A DNA stretch of 64,000 nucleotides. It comes from Myxococcota bacterium (GTDB lineage: Bacteria; Myxococcota_A; Polyangia; Nannocystales; Nannocystaceae). The notes beneath the pieces were generated by a model. It worked only from the letters and a program-made list of their open reading frames with translations. It did not search any database and was not told the origin of the DNA. Made by a program: the position numbers and the translations under genes. Of the stretch, positions 39,340 to 48,407 are shown piece after piece. The stretch is taken from assembly GCA_039028615.1 (NCBI GenBank), contig JBCCHT010000017.1:64001-128000 (forward strand), read 5' to 3'. Position 1 is the first letter of the stretch, and each line of letters opens with the position of its first letter.

Positions 39340-40227
39340 CTAGCGCACGAAGAGCAGGCCCTGCTCGCCGTTCAGCTCGGCGCCGCGCCAGCAATCGTTG
39401 TGCGCCAGGCCCCACCCGTTCGCACGCAGGCCGAAGCCGCTGGACCCCATGTTGTCGCGGAAGAAGAACACGTCGTCGCGCTCGGTGTAGCCGACGTAGT
39501 CCAGCATTCGAGGCGGGTTGGTGGGCGTGCAGTCACCCAGCAGCGTCCCCGCGAACGCGGTCGCCAGCGGCTCGTCCGCGTAGTTCTCGATGAAGTCGTC
39601 CGCGACCCCGAGCCGATACGCCCGCTCGAAGGGCAGCGATGCGTCGCTCGTGCGGTCGGTGACCAGCAGCTCGGTGAACGACAGCCCTCGCGACCATGCA
39701 TCGAGGGAGTACGCGTCGTTCATGTCTTCGACCGATCCCCGGGCCGTACGCCAGCCGAAGGGCTCCGACGCAGCCACGGGCGCGCTTCGACCCACCAGGG
39801 TCCAGCCGCCGCCCTCGAAGTCCATCAGGCAAAACGCCTCGTAGTCGACGCCCTCGGCATCGACCAGGGTGTGCACCCCCGTCGGCGTCGCGCCGTCCAT
39901 GGCGAGCAGCTCGGCGCACGAGTGAGCTGCCTCCGGTTCCGGACCCGTGGAGGCCGAGGTGGTGTCGGACGGCTCATCGGTCGTCGACGAGGCCATCGCA
40001 CCCGTGGACGCATCGTTCATCGGCCCCGTGGTGACGTCGGGCGTGGTGGCGCCACCCGACGAGCCGTCGTCGGGAGAAGCGGCGGTGGTCCCGGACGTCG
40101 ACGCCACGGCGCCCGTGCTCGAATCGCCGTCGATTGCCGCCCCCCCGCCGTTTCCGGCCGTATTGAGGGTGCACGCGGTCGTCGCGAGCAACACCGCAAC
40201 TCCCCCCACCAGAGTCCGCCCCGCCAC
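39340..40227 (-). CDS. lipoprotein with Ser/Thr linker and fibrinogen-C-like domain
   Basis: LLATTAC lipobox, S/T/G linker, SCAEL...GVHTL...[15 protein letters not shown]. Start 40227 or 40242. Confidence 0.8.
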   Translation of the reverse strand: MAGRTLVGGVAVLLATTACTLNTAGNGGGAAIDGDSSTGAVASTSGTTAASPDDGSSGGATTPDVTTGPMNDASTGAMASSTTDEPSDTTSASTGPEPEAAHSCAELLAMDGATPTGVHTLVDAEGVDYEAFCLMDFEGGGWTLVGRSAPVAASEPFGWRTARGSVEDMNDAYSLDAWSRGLSFTELLVTDRTSDASLPFERAYRLGVADDFIENYADEPLATAFAGTLLGDCTPTNPPRMLDYVGYTERDDVFFFRDNMGSSGFGLRANGWGLAHNDCWRGAELNGEQGLLFVR

Positions 40228-40555
40228 GGCCCCATCATGCATCAAATATCGCGAGCCGCTATAGGACTGCCCGGCCAGGCTCGACGGAATTCGCACACCC
40301 GAAACGCCGCCGAAGCTCACTTGCGAATTCGCTCTGCGGAGCGCAACGAACTGTCGCCGCACTCCCTGTGGGCCGCGCGGCTAGGGCCAGCATCGTCGGG
40401 TCTCCTCGCACGCACGAAGCCCATGGGTGACGACGGTTCGAGTCACGAGGGGGTCGGACATCACGATCGTGGACACGTGAACCAGGCCCCCTCGAGAATC
40501 TCGCTCATCGGCGGCCGACATCTCCCAGATCCGGTGATCTGCTATCGTGCCGCCG

Positions 40556-42739
40556 ATGCGATCGCGGGCGCGGGCACGGCTCGATGAGGACGTGCGAGAG
40601 CCCGGCCTCCGCCCGCTCGTCATCGTCGTCACGCGCCTCCTTCCGCTGCTCGGCGTGCTGTTGGCGACGCTGTGGCCTCACCGAGCGATGGCGGCCCCCG
40701 TGATCCCCGCCGGCCAAGAAGCGCGGATTCAGAGCCTGTTTGCGCCGTTGGGGCTGGGCGAGCGGGTCACGGACGCGTGCACGCTCCGCAACATCGCCAT
40801 CGAGCCCTCGCGCATCGTAGTGGGCGTGCAGCTCGACGACGACCGCGAAGCGCGGATGGAGCTGGACCCGCCTGCCGACCTGTTTGGGGGCGACCGAGAC
40901 CTCCCGAGCTTCGCCGTCTCCTTCGAGGGCGACGACGAGCCGCAGCTCCGACGGTGCCTGACCGCGGTCCGCGATGCCGCTGCCGACAATGACGACGGGC
41001 AATTCTGGCAGTCGATCGCCGTCGCCCCCGGGAGCAACGAGGTCCAGCGAGCGAAGCAAGGGGACACAAACGGGGACACGAAGGGTGAGGCCGTCTCGAG
41101 CCAGCCCGCCGAGCAGCGTCGGATCAGAGATTCGCTGTCGCTGCTGACCCGTCCATGGGGCGACGACGGCCTCTTTCGCTTCGGCCTCATGGTGCTCGTG
41201 CTCGCCGTCGTACTCGTCGCCACCACCCGCCGCGACGGCACGCGCCCTGCCGCCCTGCTCGCCGCCACTAGCCTCGGCGCGTGGGGTGTCCGAGCGTGGC
41301 TCTCTCCCGCAGTGGCCATGGCGCCCTGGCCCTACTCGCGGGTCATCGCTCCCGCCCAATCGACGATGGGCAGCTCGCTGCTGTCCTCGCTGTTCCCCGA
41401 CGGCATCGCGCTGACGTCGCTCGTGTTCGGCTCCGTATGGGCCTTTGCCCTGCTCGCCCCGGTCGCCGTGTACCTGCACGGGCGCTACCTGCTCGCGGAC
41501 CCCAAGCGCGCCCTCGGGGCGGCCTTCATCCTCGCCGCGCTCCCCCTGCACATTCGCTTCTCGCAGACCGACACCGCCTTCATCCCCTCGATCACCACGA
41601 CCGCGCTGGTGTTCGTGCTCATCCACATCGTGACCCGCGAAAAGCAGGACTGGGCCCGCATGTCGGCGCTCGTCCTGCTGCCGGGCGCGATGACCATGAT
41701 GTTCGAGATCCGCCCGCTGAACATCATGTACATGCCGCTGATGCTGGGCACCTGCGTGGTGCGAGGCTGGAGCGATCTGGACAAGCGCTGGGTGGTGGCG
41801 GCGGCAGGCCTGGTCAGCGTCGTGACCTTCGGCATCGGCGTCCCCACCCTGCTCGACGGCTTCGCCAACGAGGTCGACGAGGGGCTCAGCTTCGCCGTAC
41901 TCGTGCGCTCGCTCGGCGTGCTCTTCGACTGGGAGTACAACATCCTGCTCAACCCCATGTTCACCCCCACCGGGGTGCTCGCCCTCGCCGGGTTCGGGGG
42001 ATGGTCGCTGGTCCGAGGCGGCGAGCGGCGCGTGCTCGCGTTCCTGGTGCTCTGGCTGATGATGTTCCTGGTCGCGCACGCGTACATCGTGCCCGTCTCC
42101 CCCGCGATGCAGGCCCGCTACCACCTGCACCTGGTCACTCCCTTCGTCATGCTGGCGGGGTGTGGCCTCGCCGCGCTCCCGCCGGGACGGTGGCGGACGG
42201 CGATCCTCGCCTACATCGTCGTCGCTCCGCTCATCCACTCGTCGTTCATCACCGACACCGGGTACAACGACATGCGGGAGTTCCAGTTCGTGCAGCGCAC
42301 CGCCGCGCTCGTTCCCGACGACTGCACCGTGCTCGAGTACAGCGGCCAGCTCCCGAGCGACGCGCGATACCAGCGGATGACCACGACCGTCCACGAGGGT
42401 AAGCAGAAGGCCCGAGTCGTCAGCGCGCCGACCCACGACTCGGGCGTCACCGAAGGCGCGAGCGACCCGCTGGTCCCCGAGGTCCGCGCGCTGGTCGAGC
42501 GACCCCCGCAGTGCACCTATCTATACGTAGGCCTCGCCTGCGAGGGCCTCAAGGCTCCCGACGACGATCTGCACCCCGCCTGTGAGGCCATGCTGAACGG
42601 ACTGGAGTGGGAGCTCGTCGCCGAGGAACGAACCCCCTCGCGGCTGTACGATGGCCACTACCGCCCCGGCTACGCGTCGGGGCACCCCGACCACGCCCAC
42701 TTCCGCCTCCTTCGCGTCACCGGATCGAAACGACCGTGA
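40556..42739 (+). CDS. GT-C-like membrane protein with exported N-terminal accessory domain
   Basis: Signal peptide (…HRAMA-APVIPAGQE), many TMs (LPLHIRFSQTD, IRP, ARY) and a Cys-containing C-terminal soluble domain. TATCGT-N7-ATG 40556. Confidence 0.75.
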   Translation: MRSRARARLDEDVREPGLRPLVIVVTRLLPLLGVLLATLWPHRAMAAPVIPAGQEARIQSLFAPLGLGERVTDACTLRNIAIEPSRIVVGVQLDDDREARMELDPPADLFGGDRDLPSFAVSFEGDDEPQLRRCLTAVRDAAADNDDGQFWQSIAVAPGSNEVQRAKQGDTNGDTKGEAVSSQPAEQRRIRDSLSLLTRPWGDDGLFRFGLMVLVLAVVLVATTRRDGTRPAALLAATSLGAWGVRAWLSPAVAMAPWPYSRVIAPAQSTMGSSLLSSLFPDGIALTSLVFGSVWAFALLAPVAVYLHGRYLLADPKRALGAAFILAALPLHIRFSQTDTAFIPSITTTALVFVLIHIVTREKQDWARMSALVLLPGAMTMMFEIRPLNIMYMPLMLGTCVVRGWSDLDKRWVVAAAGLVSVVTFGIGVPTLLDGFANEVDEGLSFAVLVRSLGVLFDWEYNILLNPMFTPTGVLALAGFGGWSLVRGGERRVLAFLVLWLMMFLVAHAYIVPVSPAMQARYHLHLVTPFVMLAGCGLAALPPGRWRTAILAYIVVAPLIHSSFITDTGYNDMREFQFVQRTAALVPDDCTVLEYSGQLPSDARYQRMTTTVHEGKQKARVVSAPTHDSGVTEGASDPLVPEVRALVERPPQCTYLYVGLACEGLKAPDDDLHPACEAMLNGLEWELVAEERTPSRLYDGHYRPGYASGHPDHAHFRLLRVTGSKRP

Positions 42740-45072
42740 GCCCCTCGCGACCGCCCCCACGTGAAAACCCCGGGTCAGCGCCCCTGGAGCCCGCCCCCGG
42801 CTGGCTGTCGCGGATCGCCGACGCTCCCGTGACTCGCGTGCGCGTTCGTCTCGGCCGTGGGTTGGTCTACCAGTTCCGCACCGCGGCGGGCGGGCGCTTC
42901 GCACTGAGCCTGCCGCTCACGAACGACCGCCGTGGTCTGTGGTGGGACCAGGCCAAGTTCAAGGTCGTCGGCGACGGCGAGCCCGTGCGCCCCTACCTGG
43001 CCCGCTTCGCGGCCGAGCGCCGCGATCCCGAAAGCTCGATCGAGCGCGACATCCTGCGCCATACGATCGTGATGGACTTCCTCAAGGGAGGTGTCATGCA
43101 TCGCACGAGCGCGGCGTCCGACGATCTGCGCCCGCTGATGGAGCTGTTGTCGACCCTCAGCCTGGGATCGATCGAGCCCCCAAAGCGCTGGACTGACAGC
43201 GAGGACCCTTTCGTCGTCGCGGCCCGTACCTTCATCGATCTGCTGGTCCGAGGTGATCTGCTGCCGCTGCTCGATCCGCTCCCATCAGCCGTCGTCACCG
43301 ACCGCGGAGGCGAGTGGCTGCACGTGCTGTCCGCCACGATCAACGGTGACATCGCCGGCCTCCAGCGCCTCGCCGCGATGGATCCGCTCCCGGGCAAGGG
43401 CACCCCGCTGGCCTCGTTTTGCGGCAACGTCTTCAAGCACACCGGGTTCATCGAATCGGCGCTGCGCTTGCTCGAGCAGGGGCACCAGCCCACTCCGTCC
43501 CGAAGGTGTGAGCGCTGCATCGAGCTCGCTCAGCTGTTGCTGCAGCTCGGCGACGCCACGCGAGCCCACGTTTTTCTCCGCGAGGCGACCTTGAACGCGG
43601 GGAACGACCCCGAGCAGCTCCTCCGCGCCGTGCGGGAGCTGATGCGAGTGGAGGCCATCGACGATGCCTATCACGTGCTGTCCCAGGCGGCCCCGCACAT
43701 GGACCGTGCCCCCGAGGTGCTGTTTTGCCTGGCCGAGCTCCAGCACGTGGCCGGGCACGTCGACAAAGCTCGCACCACCCTCGATCGCATCGGCCACATC
43801 GCACCCGGCCGCCACGACGTCGCCCGCGAGCGCGCTGCGCTGGCCATGACCGAGGAGAGATTCGAAGACGCGCGCACCATGCTCCAGCAAGTGCTCGTGC
43901 AGCACCCCCGAGATTGGGTCGCGAGCACCTGGCTGACCGAAGCGCACCTTCGCCTCGGCGACATCGAAGCCGCCGAGCAAGCGCTCAAGGATGCTCGTAG
44001 CGTGCACGACAGCCCCATCCACACGCTGCTCCAGGGCGCCATGCTCAGCCTGGTGGAGCTGCGGCGCCACGACGAATTCAAGGAGCTGCTCGCCGACTGG
44101 GACGAGCCGTGGTCGATCGAAGACGCCGCCCAGAGCCCGGGGCCGCACCCCGCTCGCGACTACGTCTTGTCCATCCTCCCCAGCTTCCGTGGATCTCGGG
44201 GGGAAAACCTCACCCGCGTGTCCCCGCTCGCCGACGGCCCCACCGGGGTCCGGCCGGTCGCCACCAGCAAGCGAGACTCTCGCTCCGAGAGCCGCCAAGC
44301 CTCGGCCGAAGCGGTGAAGTCGATCGTCCTGCGGCCCCCCGAGGCGGTCTTCGAGGCCTTCGAGCAGATCATCGCGCAGTATCCCGACTCTCCCCATCCG
44401 TGGTGTTACCGCGGTGAGGTGCGACTGTGGCTCGGGGACTTCGACGGGGCCATGGCCGACTTCGACGCCGCCATGCTCCGCGACAAGGCACGCTGGGCCT
44501 TCATCGGTCGCGCCGCCATTCACCTCATGGCCGGTCGTCGCGAAGAAGGCCTCGCCCAGATCGACGCCTGCCAGAAGAGCTTCGATGCCGTCCCCAGCGC
44601 CACCACCCACATCTACCTGGGAGAGGCCGACCGCAAAGAGGGCAAGCTCGACAGCGCCTTGACCGAGCTGCGGGAGTCGGTGCGCGTCAAGCCCGGGCGC
44701 ATCTCGGGGTGGATCAACCTCGCCCTCACTCACCATGCGCTCGGTCAGCCCGAGTCGGCCACCGAGATCTCGGCCCGCGTCTGCCGAGTCGCGCCCCGCC
44801 TCGTCCGGGATGCCGCGGCTGCGGCGGGCTTCGAGCTGCCCCCGGCCACCACCGCGTGGATCCCCTCCACCGAGCAGCTCGCCCCCGTGCTCGAGCGATC
44901 GTTGGAGATGATGCGAGGCAATCGCTCCTCGCACACCGTGACCTACTTCGACCGTGACGGCGTGTTTCGCCAGGCCCGCGACGCCGAGTCCTGGGTGGGG
45001 CAGCTCGCCGGTCTACGGCTGCCCGTGTGGGAGGAAGCGCGGCGACGCGCCCTCCACGGCACCCTGCTCTAG
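42736..45072 (+). CDS. tetratricopeptide repeat protein
   Basis: Multiple TPR-like repeats (PWCYRGEVRLWLGDFDGAMADF; HIYLGEA; GWINLAL). GTGA overlap with the upstream gene. Confidence 0.85.
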   Translation: MSPSRPPPRENPGSAPLEPAPGWLSRIADAPVTRVRVRLGRGLVYQFRTAAGGRFALSLPLTNDRRGLWWDQAKFKVVGDGEPVRPYLARFAAERRDPESSIERDILRHTIVMDFLKGGVMHRTSAASDDLRPLMELLSTLSLGSIEPPKRWTDSEDPFVVAARTFIDLLVRGDLLPLLDPLPSAVVTDRGGEWLHVLSATINGDIAGLQRLAAMDPLPGKGTPLASFCGNVFKHTGFIESALRLLEQGHQPTPSRRCERCIELAQLLLQLGDATRAHVFLREATLNAGNDPEQLLRAVRELMRVEAIDDAYHVLSQAAPHMDRAPEVLFCLAELQHVAGHVDKARTTLDRIGHIAPGRHDVARERAALAMTEERFEDARTMLQQVLVQHPRDWVASTWLTEAHLRLGDIEAAEQALKDARSVHDSPIHTLLQGAMLSLVELRRHDEFKELLADWDEPWSIEDAAQSPGPHPARDYVLSILPSFRGSRGENLTRVSPLADGPTGVRPVATSKRDSRSESRQASAEAVKSIVLRPPEAVFEAFEQIIAQYPDSPHPWCYRGEVRLWLGDFDGAMADFDAAMLRDKARWAFIGRAAIHLMAGRREEGLAQIDACQKSFDAVPSATTHIYLGEADRKEGKLDSALTELRESVRVKPGRISGWINLALTHHALGQPESATEISARVCRVAPRLVRDAAAAAGFELPPATTAWIPSTEQLAPVLERSLEMMRGNRSSHTVTYFDRDGVFRQARDAESWVGQLAGLRLPVWEEARRRALHGTLL

Positions 45073-45169
45073 CGTGCTGAATCTGCGAGGTTGAGCGCCA
45101 TTCGGTGGCGCGATAGATTGGTCGGCGGAGCATCGTCGTGCCCTTTGCCCAACGCCAGCAGGTCGCCGC

Positions 45170-46891
45170 GTGACTCGAGTCGGCCTCAAAGTCCTCGACG
45201 TCCCGGAGCCCAGCGCCCGCGACCTCATCGAGGCCTCGACCGTCACCGCGCAGAGCTCGGGGCATCAGTTCGAGATCCAGCTCGGGCACATGTGCAACAA
45301 CCGCTGTGTGTTCTGCGTCAGCGGGCACCTCAGCAAGCGGCGAATGGTCCGCCCGCTCGACGCTCAGCCGATCCTCGACGTCATCGAGCGAGCCCGTCGC
45401 GAAGGCGCCGTGCGCCTGGTCTTCCTCGGCGGCGAGCCCACCATTCAGCCCGCCTTCTTCCCCGCGCTGAAGCATGCGTCCAGCCTCGGCTTCGAGGAAA
45501 TCGTCATCTTCACCAACGGGGTACGGCTCGCCCAGAGGGACTTCATCGATGACTGCTTGAAGATCGGCCGCTTCACCTGGCGGATCTCCATTCAGGGCGC
45601 CAACGAAGCCGCCCACGTCGCGGTCACCAAAAAGCCCACCTCGTTCCAACGCATCATCACGGGCATCGACAAGCTGCGCGAGCGAGGCCAGCGGGTCACC
45701 GCCAACATGTGCGTGTGCGAGGAGAGCTACCGCTCCCTGCCCGACTATCCCGGCCTCGTCTCCAAGCACGGGATCAAGCAGCTCCACATCGACATCGTTC
45801 GCCCCCAGAGCAGCGGCATCAAGACCGACGAGTACCTGCGGGAGATCATGCCCAAGTATTCGGTCATGGCCCCCTACTACGACGAGATGCTGCAGGGCTT
45901 CGACGCCTGGGACCCCAACTTCGACGTCAACATCGGCAACCTGCCGTACTGCGTCCTTCCGCAGTGGGGCCACCGCATCCACCACGGCGGCGAGAACACG
46001 GTCACCCAGTCCACCAGCTCGTCGGGGCTGGAGAACGAGGCGCGCAACAAGTACGCCGTGCACAACCGGCAGCGCACCTATACGGAGCGGTGCACCGAGT
46101 GTGCCTTCGCCGATCGCTGCTCGGGCGTGTTCAAGGACTACATCCAGGTCTACGGCGACGACGAGTTCCAACCGGTCAGCCTCGAGCGACTGCGGAGCCT
46201 CGACCCCGACCAGAACAACTTCACCGTGCTCGTCGCCCCCTTCGTGGCCGAGCTCGAGAAGTCCACGCCGCCGAGCGGCTGGACCTCGTCGCGAAACTTC
46301 ACCGATGCCCGCAGCCGCTGCGTAGAGCTTCGGTTCGAGCGCAAGGGCAGCGCGGTCACTCTGTTCTTCGCCCCCGCCGCGGGCAGCGACACCCAGCGAC
46401 CAGCCACCGCCTTCACCACCGATCAGTTCCGCCTCGACCTGGGCGTCGAGGGCTGGTGCGATGATGCCGATCTCATCGCGCTGGTGAGGTGGGCCTTCGA
46501 GACGTCGACCTGCGACGACCGGGTCAATGCGCTCGGTGAGGTCGACGAAGCGCAGGTGCTCGCCGCTCGAGGTGAGCACCCGGCCTTGGGCCGCAGCCGG
46601 GCGCGGATGCATCGGCTCGTGCGTGCGCTGCAGCGGACGGCTCGGTTCGCGGCGTGGCGCTACGAGGGCTACGAGCGCAGCGCCGACGGCAACTCGGCCA
46701 CCGTCAACGTGGGCGGACCCGAGGGCATGGGCGTGTCGCTGACCATCTCCGCCACCACCAAGGCGGGGCGCAGCGCCGTGGATGCGACCTTCGCGTTGGC
46801 CGAGGGCACCGACGAGAACGCGGCTCGGCCCGCGATCCAGGCGATGGTCGCCGCCATGAAGCGGCAAGAGTCTCGGCCCGGCCGCGGCTGA
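45170..46891 (+). CDS. radical SAM protein (HxsC-like) with C-terminal accessory domain(s)
   Basis: CNNRCVFC, FLGGEP, IFTNG, NLPYC, CTECAFADRCSG, YIQVYGDDEFQP. Confidence 0.92.
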   Translation: MTRVGLKVLDVPEPSARDLIEASTVTAQSSGHQFEIQLGHMCNNRCVFCVSGHLSKRRMVRPLDAQPILDVIERARREGAVRLVFLGGEPTIQPAFFPALKHASSLGFEEIVIFTNGVRLAQRDFIDDCLKIGRFTWRISIQGANEAAHVAVTKKPTSFQRIITGIDKLRERGQRVTANMCVCEESYRSLPDYPGLVSKHGIKQLHIDIVRPQSSGIKTDEYLREIMPKYSVMAPYYDEMLQGFDAWDPNFDVNIGNLPYCVLPQWGHRIHHGGENTVTQSTSSSGLENEARNKYAVHNRQRTYTERCTECAFADRCSGVFKDYIQVYGDDEFQPVSLERLRSLDPDQNNFTVLVAPFVAELEKSTPPSGWTSSRNFTDARSRCVELRFERKGSAVTLFFAPAAGSDTQRPATAFTTDQFRLDLGVEGWCDDADLIALVRWAFETSTCDDRVNALGEVDEAQVLAARGEHPALGRSRARMHRLVRALQRTARFAAWRYEGYERSADGNSATVNVGGPEGMGVSLTISATTKAGRSAVDATFALAEGTDENAARPAIQAMVAAMKRQESRPGRG

Positions 46892-46907
46892 GCGAAGCTC
46901 GGCCGGC

Positions 46908-48407
46908 TCAGTCTCGTCGGCGCCGCGATAGCGCCAACAATCCGAGCATCAGGCCGAGGGATCCGGGGGTCCCACCGTCGCGGAACCCGACCGTGCAGCA
47001 CGACACCCACTCTCCCGAACGCGGGCTTTCCGGCCCTGGTTCGACCGCAGGCGGCAAACTGACCTCCTCGGTTGCCGCCGCGCCCTCCTCCGCCGAACGG
47101 AGCGCGGACGGCCTAACCCCGGCGGCCGCTTCATCTTCGAAGCGATGCTCCGTGCACTCCGGTGCAGCTCCGTCCGAGCGGGTCGCGTTCAGAATCTCGA
47201 TCCAGTCGGAGGTGGACAGTTCCCCCTCGTCGAGACCTGCGAGTTTGCACTCGGCACGGCTGATGAACTCCACCAGCTCGCCCTGATGCTGAAGGTTCAT
47301 CATCAGCCGACGAGCAACGCTCTCGCGAGCGGGAAAGGACTTCGGTTCGTTCTGCGACCACCCATACTGCATCTGTGAAGGAGAGGCTCGGGTCAGCGAA
47401 CGCAGAATGTCGTCGTTGGACCTCTGGACGTCGCTGAGTAGCTTCTCTCGCCAAGGGTTCTTTCCCGCTCGGAACTCGGCGTTGGTGACCTCATACAGAG
47501 CGGCAAACCCCTCTTCGAACCAACGCGGGCCCAGAGCGTCCGCCGAGGACCGAAACGCGTGCACGAGCTCGTGACGCAGGGTGCCAAACTGCCCGGGCTT
47601 GGCCCGATACGCGACCGCATGACTCCGCTCGTCGTAGTAGCCGAACATCTCGGCCTCGGTACACATGATTCCATCATTGACCAAGGCATGCTCGGCCAGG
47701 CGAGACGACGCGTCGTAGTGGTGGATCTCGATCCAAGCGTCGATAGGTGGAGGATCGAAGGCCTCGAAGTGCTCGAGGAAACGTGCGGCGTGCGTACAGA
47801 TCGCTTGCGGGTCTACGGTCGAGATAGCCACGAAGGGTGAGCACACTTCATGCTTCGCTTCAGGGGCTTGATACCGAGACAACGCGCGCTCGACCACCGT
47901 GTCCGCGGGATCCGATAGCGCGAGCCGCCGAACTCGCGGCATCTCGTCTGTGCGAACGATGCACTGTCCAAAGTAGTGCCCCCGTTCGCGGAGCTTTCCG
48001 CTGTGGTGCGAGCGAAACGCAACCTGCACGCCGTTTTCATCCTGGCTGGACCTACGCTCGGCCAAGGCGCCTTTGCAGGTCTCGCTCACCGCATCGAGCC
48101 ACTTTATCGTCGCAGCATCACCCCCGGCGAACACGGCCCGAGCTTGGCGAATCAGGCCTCCCCCATGTTCGACCTCGTTATCGCTGACCTCCCACCGCGG
48201 TGATAGGCATAGTGCCGCACCGTAGTACGCGGCGATGCCCGGGCTCAGCTCGTCGAACGTGGCTCGCCTTCCATGGACCGCCTCCACGGAGTCCCGCATC
48301 GCGATGTAGCGCTTGCCTTGGAAGTCCTTCCATACTGCATTGACGTCGACGGCCTGCGGCGCGGAGGGGCCGATGGCCGCCATCAGAGCCAAGGCGGCTA
48401 GGCTCAC
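46908..48407 (-). CDS. secreted gluzincin-type metallopeptidase-like protein with MYXO-CTERM-like tail
   Basis: Signal peptide, TLRHELVH...WFEEGFA, C-terminal SCCTVG...LGLMLGLLALSRRRRD. GTGA overlap with the upstream gene. Confidence 0.75.
   Translation of the reverse strand: MSLAALALMAAIGPSAPQAVDVNAVWKDFQGKRYIAMRDSVEAVHGRRATFDELSPGIAAYYGAALCLSPRWEVSDNEVEHGGGLIRQARAVFAGGDAATIKWLDAVSETCKGALAERRSSQDENGVQVAFRSHHSGKLRERGHYFGQCIVRTDEMPRVRRLALSDPADTVVERALSRYQAPEAKHEVCSPFVAISTVDPQAICTHAARFLEHFEAFDPPPIDAWIEIHHYDASSRLAEHALVNDGIMCTEAEMFGYYDERSHAVAYRAKPGQFGTLRHELVHAFRSSADALGPRWFEEGFAALYEVTNAEFRAGKNPWREKLLSDVQRSNDDILRSLTRASPSQMQYGWSQNEPKSFPARESVARRLMMNLQHQGELVEFISRAECKLAGLDEGELSTSDWIEILNATRSDGAAPECTEHRFEDEAAAGVRPSALRSAEEGAAATEEVSLPPAVEPGPESPRSGEWVSCCTVGFRDGGTPGSLGLMLGLLALSRRRRD

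Noticed and set aside
40287..40330. GAATTCGCA...TGCGAATTC inverted repeat in the divergent intergenic region
   Set aside because: Only 9 bp with a long spacer and no other support.
45106..45121. TGGCGCG-N5-TTGG as a sigma54 promoter
   Set aside because: Spacing and the -12 element deviate from TGGCACG-N4-TTGC.
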